Source of the DNA: an uncultured Actinomycetes bacterium
GTDB taxonomy: Bacteria; Actinomycetota; Acidimicrobiia; Spongiisociales; ZC4RG35
Assembly (NCBI GenBank): GCA_963730285.1
Contig: CAVSQY010000008.1
Coordinates: 265,987-329,986 of the forward strand
DNA: 64,000 nt
Direction: 5' to 3'
A program made the translations under genes and the position numbers. Numbering within the stretch: the stretch's first letter is position 1; each line of letters begins with the position of its first letter. The notes beneath the pieces are model-generated. The model was not told the origin of the DNA. It saw only the letters and a list, made by a program, of their open reading frames with translations, and did no database searches. Shown here piece by piece: positions 40,036 through 49,686 of this stretch.

Positions 40036-42108
40036 TCAGATGGTGGCGGTCGCCCGAGCCCGGGCCAGCTCTTGGAGGGTGGTGTGGGCATCGATCCCCG
40101 CCCCGCCCACGATCCGCGCCCACGATCCGTCGCCGCGGAGCTCCCACGCCAGGGTGTCATCGGCCATGAGCACATCGAGGATCTGATCGATCCTGAACTG
40201 GAGGTCGGGGTCGGTCACCGGAGCCAATGCCTCCACCCGGCGATCGAGGTTCCTCGGCATCAGGTCCGCCGACCCCATGTAGTAGGTGCGGTCCCTCCCA
40301 CGCGCACCGAAGCGATAGACACGCGAATGCTCGAGATAGCGGCCCACGATCGAGCGCACCTTGATGTTCTCGGACAGACCTTCGATTCCCGGCCGGAGAC
40401 AGCAAATACCACGGACTATGAGGTCGATCCGGACACCGGCCACCGAGGCGTGATACAAGGCGCCGATCATCCGGGCATCGACTAGAGAGTTCATCTTCAA
40501 CGTGATCTGCCCGTCGGGTCGTGACGACTCGCCCTCGATCAGCTCGAGGAGACGGTTCCTGATCCCGTTCGGGGAGACCGCCAACCGGTTGTATGTGGTC
40601 TGCCTCGAGTAGCCGGTGAGGTAGTTGAAGAGCTCGGAGAGGTCTGATCCGACCTCCGGCTCGGCCGTGAAGACCCCGAGGTCCTCATAAGTGCGCGCTG
40701 TCTTCTCGTTGTAGTTGCCGGTCCCGATGTGGGCATAGCGGACCACACCCTCACCCTCCCGACGCACAACCAACGCCAGTTTGGTATGAGTCTTCAGCCC
40801 GACCACCCCGTAGGTGACGTGGACCCCGGCATCCTCGAGACGCTGGGCCCACTCGATGTTCCTCTCTTCGTCGAATCTCGCCTTGAGCTCGATCAGGGCG
40901 GCCACCTGCTTGCCCGATTCCGCAGCCTTGATCAAGGATCCCATGATCGAGCTGTCCGACGAGGTCCGATAGAGGGTCATCTTGATGGCCAGCACCTTGG
41001 GATCGGTGGCGGCGCGCTCTATGAAACCTTCCACGGTCGTGGTGAAGCTGTCGTAGGGATGATGTGCCATCAGATCGCCCTGCCGGATGACCTCGAAGAA
41101 GTCTGCGCTCTCCCCGGCGGGTGCTTGGAGGCGCGGAGGGGTGACACCGGTGAAAGTCTCGAACTTGAGCTCCGGGCGGTCGACTTCGTAGAGACCGATG
41201 AGACCCGCCATGTCCAGGGGCCCCTCCATCCGGTAGACGTCGTCCTCGGTGGCGCCCATCTCCCGGAGCAGCAAATCGAGCACCCCCGCCGGCATGTCAG
41301 GATGGATCTCGAGGCGCACCACACTCCCGAACCGACGCTGGGTCAGCTCCGACTCGATGGCCATGAGCAAATCGCCGCCCTCGTCCTCCTCGACCTCGAA
41401 GTCGGCGTTACGGGTGACACGAAAGACGTCGTTGCCCAGGACCTCCATGCCGGGGAAGAGAGCATCCAGATGTGCGGCGATGACCTGTTCCAGCGGAACG
41501 AAGCGCTCCAGGTCCGGAAGCACCACGAATCGCGGCAGGATCGGGGGCACCTTCACACGGGCGAACTTCTGCAGACCGGTCTCGGGGTTTCGGACCAGGA
41601 CCGCAAGGTTCAGGGAGAGATTCGAGATGTATGGGAAGGGGTGCGAGGGGTCGACGGCGAGCGGAGTGAGCACCGGGAAGACCAGTTCCCGAAACTGTCG
41701 ATCGAGAAACTCCTTGTCATCGATCTCGAGTGTGGAGTAGTCACTGAAGACGATGCCTTCGTTGGACAGCGCCGGGGCAACTTCGGAGAGGAATTGTTTC
41801 GAGATGGCGTCGGTCTGCAACTCGACCTCCTTCCTGATCGCTGCAAGCTGCTGACTCGGTGTCATCCCATCCGGCGGTGTGAACCCCACGCCATGAGCGA
41901 CCTGCTCCTTCAGGCCGGCGACTCGAACCTGGAAGAACTCGTCGAGATTCAAGGCCCAGATGGCGAGGAATTTGACCTTTTCGAGCAACGGGAAGTCCGG
42001 CCGAGCGGACAGGGCGAGCACGCGATGGTTGAAGGCGAGCCACGACAGCTCCCGGTTGATGAACCTGTCCGGGTTGAAAGTCTCGGTCACGTCGCCAGTG
42101 GTTACCAC
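40036..42108 (-). CDS. ppk: Polyphosphate kinase 1
   Basis: 690 aa; N domain, head domain and two PLD-like catalytic domains (MNSLVD, HSRVYRF...); NRELSWLAFNHRVL near the N-terminus. Confidence 0.93.
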   Translation of the reverse strand: MVTTGDVTETFNPDRFINRELSWLAFNHRVLALSARPDFPLLEKVKFLAIWALNLDEFFQVRVAGLKEQVAHGVGFTPPDGMTPSQQLAAIRKEVELQTDAISKQFLSEVAPALSNEGIVFSDYSTLEIDDKEFLDRQFRELVFPVLTPLAVDPSHPFPYISNLSLNLAVLVRNPETGLQKFARVKVPPILPRFVVLPDLERFVPLEQVIAAHLDALFPGMEVLGNDVFRVTRNADFEVEEDEGGDLLMAIESELTQRRFGSVVRLEIHPDMPAGVLDLLLREMGATEDDVYRMEGPLDMAGLIGLYEVDRPELKFETFTGVTPPRLQAPAGESADFFEVIRQGDLMAHHPYDSFTTTVEGFIERAATDPKVLAIKMTLYRTSSDSSIMGSLIKAAESGKQVAALIELKARFDEERNIEWAQRLEDAGVHVTYGVVGLKTHTKLALVVRREGEGVVRYAHIGTGNYNEKTARTYEDLGVFTAEPEVGSDLSELFNYLTGYSRQTTYNRLAVSPNGIRNRLLELIEGESSRPDGQITLKMNSLVDARMIGALYHASVAGVRIDLIVRGICCLRPGIEGLSENIKVRSIVGRYLEHSRVYRFGARGRDRTYYMGSADLMPRNLDRRVEALAPVTDPDLQFRIDQILDVLMADDTLAWELRGDGSWARIVGGAGIDAHTTLQELARARATATI

Positions 42109-42126
42109 TTCTTGCCTACCCTCGCG

Positions 42127-42747
42127 TCAACGGCCCAGCCCGAGACCGCCGAGGAGGAAGAGACGGAGGTGCGTTGCCACCTGGCCGATCTGCCGCTCGG
42201 GATCCGGGCCCGAGATCACCGCTTTGGCTGCCGACATGATCGTGTCCTGGATGAGACGCCCGGCCAGTTCCGGAGGCATAGACCTGAACTCGCCGGTCTC
42301 GACGGCCTCGTAGTACATGGCGATCATGGCATGGGCCAGGTTCGCGTGAGCCTGTCGGATCCGGCTTTGCGCCTCCAAGCCCATCCGGCCGACTTCACGA
42401 TGGAGTATCAGCCCGAGGACGGGATCGTTGACCACGAACTGGACGGTTCTCACCGCCAGATCGGCCAGACGATCTGACGCGGACGCACCACGGTCACCCT
42501 CCACGAGCAATCTGTCCACTACGAGCGGGAGCTCCTCTTCCACCAGTGTGGCGATGAGATCGTCCCGGTCACTGAAGTAGTCATAGAGCGTGGTCCGCCC
42601 CACCCCGGCGGCCAAGGCGATCTCCCCGAGCGGTATTTCAGCCGTCCCCGCTTCGGCGATCAGCCGTTGGGCCGCTTCGAGCAACTCGGCCCTGATCAGG
42701 GTCTTGTGCTCGTCGATAGAGGTGGCACGTATCCGTGGCATGGGCAC
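42127..42747 (-). CDS. TetR/AcrR family transcriptional regulator
   Basis: N-terminal HTH (IALAAGVGRTTLYDYFSDRDDL) plus alpha-helical ligand domain. Confidence 0.85.
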   Translation of the reverse strand: MPMPRIRATSIDEHKTLIRAELLEAAQRLIAEAGTAEIPLGEIALAAGVGRTTLYDYFSDRDDLIATLVEEELPLVVDRLLVEGDRGASASDRLADLAVRTVQFVVNDPVLGLILHREVGRMGLEAQSRIRQAHANLAHAMIAMYYEAVETGEFRSMPPELAGRLIQDTIMSAAKAVISGPDPERQIGQVATHLRLFLLGGLGLGR

Positions 42748-42840
42748 AGGCTATCTCGCCTCCCCGGGTAGAGCCATGGTCATAAACACCGAGAGTGGCG
42801 CTCGATCGCGTAGATTCCTCAATCAAAGGAGGAGACGAAT

Positions 42841-43833
42841 ATGGCTAGCGACCAAGACAACGTCGCCACCACGACAGTCAGGAAGGGCGCCAGACCGTGG
42901 AGCGGCTTCTTCCTCGGGCTGATCCTGGGGCTTGCCCTGGCGGTCGTGTTGCAGCAGGCCGGCGTCTGGCCACTCGACCGGCTCCTCCTCTTTGGCCTAC
43001 CTGGCCTGATGGCACTCATCGGCATGTTGCTGAGCGCCCTGGGCCGAGATCGAGTTGGGGCCCTGGCCAGCATCCTCCCCCTCATCCTGGCCGTCGCCCT
43101 CATAGCGTTCGGGGCCACCGGGTTCGCCGGGATCAACGAGCACGGAGAGCTCAACGGCGGCTGCACGGTGGAGGCGGCGTCCGACCTCGACACGACCGTG
43201 GTCACGGACACCAGTCGGCAGAACCCCTTCGAGGTCGACCCCGACGGCGGCCTCTCCTGGATGGCGACCTCCCCGGGCCCGATCATGAATCACTTCTGGT
43301 CGATCTATGTGGATGTGGGCGGGTTCAACATAGAGGTAGCCGGGAACGATAAGGCCGAGCCAAATACCGATGGGGACATGGACAATGTCGGTGATGTCCC
43401 TGATGTGTCGGGCTATGTGGCCGACATCTCGAACTACGCGGGGGTTGAGCTGCGTGGCGTACTCGAGGTCGGAGGCGGCATCGACGGCGAAGGTGGAGCC
43501 TGTGACGGTTTCGGCTTCGTGCGACTGGTCGCCGATCCACTTTCCACCCTGATCTCGCAAATTGCGGCAGGAATCGGTCTGATCGCCTTGATCGCCCTGC
43601 TCGTCCTCGCTTTCAATCGCACCCGTGCGGCAGAGCCAGTTCAAGACGAGTTGACTGCCGCCGCCGGGGCCGGGGCAATGGCCGCCGGCGAGACTTCGGG
43701 TGATGGCGAAGCAGAGCGGATGTCGGGACGGCATGTCAGCCCGGCCGAGGGCGCTGAAGACACCGGCCTGGAAGGCCAGCCAGGTGACGACGGCGAGGCC
43801 GATGGCGAGGACGATCAGCCGCCCTACTTTTAG
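42841..43833 (+). CDS. Hypothetical membrane protein with acidic C-terminal tail
   Basis: Four predicted TM helices (two N-terminal, one near aa 220-245), central Gly/Asp-rich beta-rich segment, C-terminus GDDGEADGEDDQPPYF; divergent from the TetR gene; no known domain recognised. Confidence 0.55.
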   Translation: MASDQDNVATTTVRKGARPWSGFFLGLILGLALAVVLQQAGVWPLDRLLLFGLPGLMALIGMLLSALGRDRVGALASILPLILAVALIAFGATGFAGINEHGELNGGCTVEAASDLDTTVVTDTSRQNPFEVDPDGGLSWMATSPGPIMNHFWSIYVDVGGFNIEVAGNDKAEPNTDGDMDNVGDVPDVSGYVADISNYAGVELRGVLEVGGGIDGEGGACDGFGFVRLVADPLSTLISQIAAGIGLIALIALLVLAFNRTRAAEPVQDELTAAAGAGAMAAGETSGDGEAERMSGRHVSPAEGAEDTGLEGQPGDDGEADGEDDQPPYF

Positions 43834-43943
43834 AGGTCAGTCGGCCAGATGACGCCGATGACTGGGAGACACGCGCGGCCCGATTAGTCGACGGACCATT
43901 AGGCCATCTTGGAAAACGACGGGGTTGCCGCCAAACTCCGAGG

Positions 43944-44225
43944 GTGACTACAGCCCAGATTCAGCTCGTTGAAGAGCTGGTCGCCGACTGGAGGGCGCAG
44001 GCTGCCTGCTCAGGCTTCTACAATGCGCTCTTCTTCCCCGTCGGTGACACTGAACAGGAAAAAGTTGAACAGGCGAAGGCCATTTGCGCTACCTGCCAGG
44101 TGAGTGACGAGTGTCTCGAGTATGCCTTGGAGACCAATCAGAGAGCCGGCATATGGGGTGGTACGTCCGAGAAGGAGCGCAAGTCACTGAGACGCAAGTG
44201 GCTGGCGGTCAGACGCCGGGGCTGA
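43944..44225 (+). CDS. WhiB-family (Wbl) transcriptional regulator with basic C-terminal tail
   Basis: Four Cys (C...CATCQVSDEC = C-x2-C-x5-C), GIWGG turn, basic tail RRKWLAVRRRG; GTG start. Confidence 0.8.
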   Translation: MTTAQIQLVEELVADWRAQAACSGFYNALFFPVGDTEQEKVEQAKAICATCQVSDECLEYALETNQRAGIWGGTSEKERKSLRRKWLAVRRRG

Positions 44226-44241
44226 CACACCTGGTCTATCG

Positions 44242-45405
44242 GTGACCAACAAGAAGGCTGCTCTCGGGACCGGTGTGCTGTTCTTGGTCAACGGCCTCGT
44301 CCTCGGCAGTTGGCTGCCACGGATCCCCGAGCTCCGCGATCGCCTCGGCATCGACCTGGGGGCTCTCGGGCTGATCCTCGCCGCCGGGTCGTTCGGATCG
44401 CTCCTCGGCTCCGCGGTGTCCGGCCTCGCGGTCAGGAGACTCGGGTCACGCGTTGCCGGCATCGCCGCAGCTTTGACGCTCCTGGGGGTCCTACCCATGC
44501 TTGCCCTCGCCTCTGATGTCCTGGTGCTCGCTGGAGTGCTCGCTTCTATCGGGTTCGTCGACTCCAATGCCGATGTCGCGATGAACGCGATCGGTGTGCG
44601 GGTCGAAGCGAACGTCGGCAAGTCGATAATGACCCGACTTCACGGCATATGGAGCTTGGGAACGCTGATGGGCGCTGCGGCGGGTGCCCTGTCGATCTTG
44701 GCCGGGGTCGATCTCGGGACTCAATTGATCGCCACCTCGCTGGCCGGCGCCACGCTGGTCCTGTTGGCTAGCCCCATGATCCCGGGGGCACCGACCCGAT
44801 CCGGGCTCGGCGCCCGTGCGGGACGTCTGGCTCTGGGGCTCATGGTGGCGGGCGGCGCCGCCGTGATCATCGAGGGGATCCCCGGCGATTGGAGCGCTAT
44901 CTTCCTGGTGGATGTGACAGCATCAACCGCGTCCATTGCCGGCGCAGGAGTGATCGTCTTCACAGCCGGAATGCTGGTCGGGCGGCTCAGTGGCGATCAC
45001 GTGGTCGACCGTTTCGGCTCGACCCCCACGATTGCCTCGGGTCTGGGCCTGGCCGTGGCTTCGATGCTCATGGTGACGATCAGCGGGTCGACGGCGCCTG
45101 CCTTGGTCGGCTTTGGCCTCTGGGGTGTGGGTATGTCCGTCACCCTGCCGATCATGTACAAGCTGGCCGGCTCGCACCCGGCGTTCGGCGAGGGATCGGG
45201 GCTCGCCGCGCTCACTGTGGGCACACGCCTGGGGCTGATGGTGGCACCGGCCGCGGTCGGCCTTGGTGCGTCGCGTTGGGGCTTATCCACTTCGTTGGTC
45301 GTGGTTGTCGTGGCTGCCTCGCTGCTGTCGTTCGTTGCTCTCCGTATGACCCTCAGTCTCGATCGCGACTCTTCTGATTCCATTCCTCCCGCCGTCGCCT
45401 CATAA
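44242..45405 (+). CDS. MFS transporter
   Basis: 12 predicted TM helices, Gly/Ala/Leu-rich; 16 nt after the whiB-like gene. Confidence 0.75.
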   Translation: MTNKKAALGTGVLFLVNGLVLGSWLPRIPELRDRLGIDLGALGLILAAGSFGSLLGSAVSGLAVRRLGSRVAGIAAALTLLGVLPMLALASDVLVLAGVLASIGFVDSNADVAMNAIGVRVEANVGKSIMTRLHGIWSLGTLMGAAAGALSILAGVDLGTQLIATSLAGATLVLLASPMIPGAPTRSGLGARAGRLALGLMVAGGAAVIIEGIPGDWSAIFLVDVTASTASIAGAGVIVFTAGMLVGRLSGDHVVDRFGSTPTIASGLGLAVASMLMVTISGSTAPALVGFGLWGVGMSVTLPIMYKLAGSHPAFGEGSGLAALTVGTRLGLMVAPAAVGLGASRWGLSTSLVVVVVAASLLSFVALRMTLSLDRDSSDSIPPAVAS

Positions 45406-45434
45406 TGTGAGAGCAACAGATCGGGGATGATCAG

Positions 45435-46760
45435 ATGAACAAGCAGGCTGAGTACGTGCTGCGGACCGTCGAGGAGCGCGGGATCCGTTTCATCCGCCTC
45501 TGGTTCACCGACGTCCAGGGTTTCCTCAAGTCGGTGGCTATCAGTCCGGCCGAGTTGGATGTCGCTTTCGACGAGGGGATGACTTTCGACGGCTCCTCCA
45601 TCGACGGCTATGCACGAATCCAGGAAGCCGACATGCTTGCCCGCCCCGACCCATCCACCTTCGCCGTCCTCCCCTGGCGGACCGAGCAGCAGGTGGCCCG
45701 CATGTTTTGTGACATCGCAACGCCGGACGGTGAGCCATTTGCCGGCGACCCGCGAACGGTCCTGAAGCGAAACCTGGCCAAGGCGTCCGACATGGGCTAC
45801 ACCTTCTTTGCCGCACCCGAGCTCGAGTTCTTCTACTTCCGCGACTCGGGGCCTGAGCCCCAGGTGCTGGATCGGGGCGGCTACTTCGACCTGACGCCGC
45901 TCGACGTCGCTCAGGAGTACCGGCGTAAGACGATCAACGCCCTCGAGCTCATGGGCATACCGATCGAGCACTCTCACCACGAAGTGGCACCGAGTCAGCA
46001 CGAGATCATCGCCCGCTACACCGACGCCCTCACCATGGCCGACAACATCATGACCTCTCGGCTGACGGTCAAGGAGGTCGCCCTCCAGCATGACATCTAC
46101 GCCACCTTCATGCCCAAGCCGCTGGAGGACCATGACGGGTCGGGGATGCACCTTCACCTATCGCTCTTCGAGAACGACGTCAACGCATTCCACGAGCCGG
46201 GCACCCCCGGAGGGCTATCCAAGGTCGGCCAGGCTTTCATCGCCGGGCTCCTGAGACATGCCTCCGAGATAACGGCCGTCACCAACCAGTGGGTCAACTC
46301 CTACAAGCGCCTGGTCGCCGGTTTCGACGCTCCCATCTATATCTCCTGGGCCCGGAACAACCAATCGGCCCTGGTCAGGGTGCCCACGGTGAAGAGGAAC
46401 AAACCATCGAGTGTCAGGGTGGAATATCGTGCAGCCGACGCCGCCTGCAACCCCTATCTGACGTTGTCCGTCCTCCTCGCGGCCGGGCTGGCCGGGATCA
46501 GGGAGGGTTATGAGATCCCGCCTGAGATCGCGGCCAATGTCCATCAGATGACCCCCGCCGAGCGCGCCGCCGCCGGTGCCAAGCGGCTCCCAGAGACGCT
46601 GTCCGAGGCCCTGGACATAATGGAGCGGTCAGAGCTGGTGGCCGAAGCCCTCGGAGAGCATGTTTTCGATTGGTTCCTGCGAAACAAGCGCGAGGAGTGG
46701 GTCCGCTTCCAGCACCATGTGTCGCGATTCGAATTGGACACCTACCTGCCGGTGCTGTGA
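45435..46760 (+). CDS. glnA: Glutamine synthetase (type I, GlnA2-like)
   Basis: Beta-grasp and catalytic domains (FDGSSIDGYARIQEADM, HHEVAPSQHEI, NQWVNSYKRLV, RVEYRAADAACNPYL). Confidence 0.92.
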   Translation: MNKQAEYVLRTVEERGIRFIRLWFTDVQGFLKSVAISPAELDVAFDEGMTFDGSSIDGYARIQEADMLARPDPSTFAVLPWRTEQQVARMFCDIATPDGEPFAGDPRTVLKRNLAKASDMGYTFFAAPELEFFYFRDSGPEPQVLDRGGYFDLTPLDVAQEYRRKTINALELMGIPIEHSHHEVAPSQHEIIARYTDALTMADNIMTSRLTVKEVALQHDIYATFMPKPLEDHDGSGMHLHLSLFENDVNAFHEPGTPGGLSKVGQAFIAGLLRHASEITAVTNQWVNSYKRLVAGFDAPIYISWARNNQSALVRVPTVKRNKPSSVRVEYRAADAACNPYLTLSVLLAAGLAGIREGYEIPPEIAANVHQMTPAERAAAGAKRLPETLSEALDIMERSELVAEALGEHVFDWFLRNKREEWVRFQHHVSRFELDTYLPVL

Positions 46761-46798
46761 ACGTCGCCCTGCACCCCGCCCAATGCTCGGAGAGCGTG

Positions 46799-47392
46799 AT
46801 GGATGGCCTGACCCTGGCCGGGGCAAGCCATGTCGAGACTGAGGAGCTGGACCCTGACGACCGGCTCATAGGCGAGGCCGACATCCTCTTGGTCGAGCTC
46901 GGGGATCAGCCGATGCGGCGCTTGCGTGAGATTTCACGGATCGTCGACGACATCGCCCTACCGGTCATCCTCGTGGTCTCGCTCGACCAGCTGGCTCTGA
47001 TCGAGAGCACACCGGGGGTGTCCGACTTCATCACCACCCCGGTCGACCCCCTCGAGCTGCGGTTGCGGCTGCAACGGCTCACCAAAGAGGCAAGCATCAC
47101 CGATTTGATCGGGTTCAAGGACCTGGAGCTAAACACCCTGAACTATCAGGCGACCCTTGCCGCTGTCCCGATCGATCTCACCTTCATGGAGTACGAGCTT
47201 CTCCGCTTCCTGGTCGAGAACCCGGTCCGGGTCTGGTCCCGAGAGCAACTGCTCTCCAAGGTGTGGGGATACGAGTACTACGGGGGCGCCCGCACCGTCG
47301 ACGTCCACATCCGCCGTCTCCGCTCCAAGCTAGGTGAGGAACGCGCCTCCTGGATCACCACGGTCCGCTCCGTCGGCTACCGCTTCGGCTAG
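46799..47392 (+). CDS. Atypical OmpR-family regulator with degenerate receiver domain (GlnR-like)
   Basis: C-terminal winged helix (LTFMEYELLRFLVENPVRVWSREQLLSKVWGYEYYGGARTVDVHIRRLRSKLG, VRSVGYRF); N-terminal pseudo-receiver lacks the acidic pocket; ATG at 46799 has a GGAGAG RBS (alternative GTG at 46758 overlapping the glnA stop). Confidence 0.7.
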   Translation: MDGLTLAGASHVETEELDPDDRLIGEADILLVELGDQPMRRLREISRIVDDIALPVILVVSLDQLALIESTPGVSDFITTPVDPLELRLRLQRLTKEASITDLIGFKDLELNTLNYQATLAAVPIDLTFMEYELLRFLVENPVRVWSREQLLSKVWGYEYYGGARTVDVHIRRLRSKLGEERASWITTVRSVGYRFG

Positions 47393-47580
47393 TCCATCTT
47401 CTTCGCGCAACCAGCCACCGCTTCACCTATCAGATGCTCACCACCGACCTGGCCGGCTGTCTGGCCACCCTCATCGAGACCGGAAGAGCTCGCACCCTCG
47501 TTTCATGACCGCGTGCGACCAGCCACCACCGCGTTGGGCAACTGCACGCGCAAGCCGGGGGAAGCGACCACAATTGGGGG

Positions 47581-48732
47581 ATGGGTTTTCGCACCAAGCA
47601 GATACACGCAGGGGTTACCCCCGACCCGGTGACCGGGGCCATCCTGACCCCCATCTACCAGTCGACCACCTTCGTCCAGGATTCGGTGGACGAGTACATG
47701 GGCAAGGGGTTCTCGTACAGCAGGGCCGGCAATCCAACGGTCCGGGCACTGGAGGACAGGCTGACTGCCCTCGAAGGGGGGCATGACACGACGGCGTACG
47801 GGTCGGGGATGGCGGCGACGGTGGCCGTGTTCCTCGGTCTCCTGAAGGCGGGAGACCACGTGGTCATCGCCGACGTCGTGTACGGCGGGACCTACCGCTT
47901 CGCCGACCAATTCCTCACCAAATTCGGTGTCGATGTCGATTTCGCGGATGCCACCGATCTCGACTCGGTCAAGGGGCTGCTCCGACCCGAGACACGGCTC
48001 GTGTTCACCGAGACACCCGCCAACCCGACGCTCAAGGTGACCGACCTCGCCGCCGTGTCGGAGATCTGCCGAGAGGCCGGCGCCCTCCATGTCACCGACA
48101 ACACATTCCTCACCCCGTACTTCCAGAGACCATTCGACCTCGGCGCCGACGTCGTCATCCACTCCACCACCAAGTTCCTCGACGGCCACAACGCCACCCT
48201 GGGCGGGGCCGTGGTTGTGGCGAGCCCGGAGCTCCAGGAGCCGATCGCCTTCGCCCGCCTCTCCGCCGGCCTGGTGATGTCGCCCATGGTCGCCTGGCTC
48301 ACACTTCAGGGGACCAAGACCCTCAGTGAGCGGATGGACGGTCAGTCGGCCAACGCCCTGGCAGTGGCGAGTTGGCTACAAGACCACCCCAAGATCGAAT
48401 ACGTGAACTATCCGGGCCTACCCACCCATCCCCAGCACGAATTGTCCAGCAGCCAGGCCAGCGGCTACGGGGCCCTCGTGTGCTTCGAGCTGAAAGGTGG
48501 AATCGAGACCGGCAAGAAACTCATGGACGCCGTTGAGCTCTGGAGCCTGGCCGAGAACCTGGGCTCGGTCGAGTCGCTGATCACACACCCGGTGACGATG
48601 ACTCATGCCGCGGTGCCAGCCGAAGAGCGCCTGGCCGCAGGGATCACCGACGGCCTGGTTCGGCTCTCAGTCGGCCTCGAAGACGTCGAAGATCTCATCG
48701 CCGATCTCGATGGCGCGCTCGCCCGGGTGTGA
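47581..48732 (+). CDS. Cys/Met-metabolism PLP-dependent enzyme (cystathionine gamma-synthase/gamma-lyase, MetB/MetC-like)
   Basis: PLP-lysine motif HSTTKFLDGHN, fold-type I signature (DNTFLTPY, SLAENLGSVESLITHP). Confidence 0.88.
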   Translation: MGFRTKQIHAGVTPDPVTGAILTPIYQSTTFVQDSVDEYMGKGFSYSRAGNPTVRALEDRLTALEGGHDTTAYGSGMAATVAVFLGLLKAGDHVVIADVVYGGTYRFADQFLTKFGVDVDFADATDLDSVKGLLRPETRLVFTETPANPTLKVTDLAAVSEICREAGALHVTDNTFLTPYFQRPFDLGADVVIHSTTKFLDGHNATLGGAVVVASPELQEPIAFARLSAGLVMSPMVAWLTLQGTKTLSERMDGQSANALAVASWLQDHPKIEYVNYPGLPTHPQHELSSSQASGYGALVCFELKGGIETGKKLMDAVELWSLAENLGSVESLITHPVTMTHAAVPAEERLAAGITDGLVRLSVGLEDVEDLIADLDGALARV

Positions 48733-48756
48733 TCGGCGGGCACGACGGTTGTCACC

Positions 48757-49122
48757 GTGAGTCGCTCCAAGCTGATCATCGTCGGGATCCTCATCGTCGG
48801 GCTCGTGGTTGTGATGGCTACCACCGGGCCCCGACCCGAGGTGGAGGCGAGCGGCTCGGTCGCCAGGGAAGGCGGCGTGTGCCTCCAACTCGAACAGTGG
48901 GGATTGTTCGGGTGGGTGATCGTCGGCCAGACGTATACGCAGACCGACGTCACCGAGGGCAATTGGCACACTCCCCCCGCCAGCAACCCCGACTGCGAGC
49001 AGGTCGCAAATGCCGACTATGAGATCACCCTGCCCTCCCCCAGCCCCTCAGACGTATATCGGATATGCGGGCTGGACGACAATCAGCCCTGTCTCGACTT
49101 CAACCTGGTCGACGTGCCCTGA
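48757..49122 (+). CDS. Hypothetical secreted or membrane-anchored small protein
   Basis: N-terminal hydrophobic helix (LIIVGILIVGLVVVMA), four Cys; 3' end overlaps the convergent methyltransferase by 23 nt. Confidence 0.5.
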   Translation: MSRSKLIIVGILIVGLVVVMATTGPRPEVEASGSVAREGGVCLQLEQWGLFGWVIVGQTYTQTDVTEGNWHTPPASNPDCEQVANADYEITLPSPSPSDVYRICGLDDNQPCLDFNLVDVP

Positions 49123-49684
49123 CCAGGGTGTCCCGTGCGTACTCGGTGCCATGCTCGGTCTCGACCGGGCGCCGGGCGACGATCGACTCCACGATCACGA
49201 GATCGGGGAGCCACATGATGATCTCGTCGAGATCCCAGAGCACCTCCGGGTATTGGGGGCCACCCCATCCATGCTCGATATTGGTTCGATCATGACCGAC
49301 CATGAACAACTCGCCGCCGGGCTCCAGCCATGTGGCCGAGCGGGCGACCACTTGCTCGAATTCCGGTGGGACCAGGTGCAAGTAAGCGATCAGAATCAAG
49401 TCGAACGAGGCGCCGGGCTCCCATTCGAGAACATCGGCCTCCACCCACTCCACCTCATCGTCCTGCTCCGCCCCCCGGCCCAGAGCAACCCCGGAGAAGT
49501 CGACCGCAGTGGTGTCCCACCCCAGTGAGGCGAGCCAGACGGCGTTGCGTCCCTCACCGGCGGCCAGGTCCAGGCCCCGGCCCGGCGATTTGTCCTTGAG
49601 GCGGTCTTCAACGAAAAGGTTCGGCGTGGCCGACCACAACCGTTCGGACGCCTTGTAACGCTCGTCCCAATGGGATGCATCCAT
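49100..49684 (-). CDS. Class I SAM-dependent methyltransferase
   Basis: Motif I (GLDLAAGEGRNAVWLA), motif II (DLILIAYLHL); TehB/TPMT-like size. Confidence 0.8.
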   Translation of the reverse strand: MDASHWDERYKASERLWSATPNLFVEDRLKDKSPGRGLDLAAGEGRNAVWLASLGWDTTAVDFSGVALGRGAEQDDEVEWVEADVLEWEPGASFDLILIAYLHLVPPEFEQVVARSATWLEPGGELFMVGHDRTNIEHGWGGPQYPEVLWDLDEIIMWLPDLVIVESIVARRPVETEHGTEYARDTLVRARRPG

Positions 49685-49686
49685 GC

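Noticed and set aside
40729-42477. 582-aa plus-strand ORF antisense to ppk and tetR
   Set aside because: It is antisense to two confidently assigned genes and has no domain signal.
45360-45434. Search for a GlnR box (GTnAC-n6-GaAAC type) upstream of glnA
   Set aside because: No match. The upstream MFS gene ends only 29 nt before glnA, so glnA may be co-transcribed with it.
47393-47580. Possible SAM riboswitch (SAM-IV type) in the 188-nt leader of the metB-like gene
   Set aside because: Only scattered resemblance to the SAM-IV consensus (UCAUGACC..., GCAAGCCGGGGG). The conserved pseudoknot elements and overall length do not fit, so it is left as an unverified regulatory leader. cmscan against Rfam SAM families would settle it.
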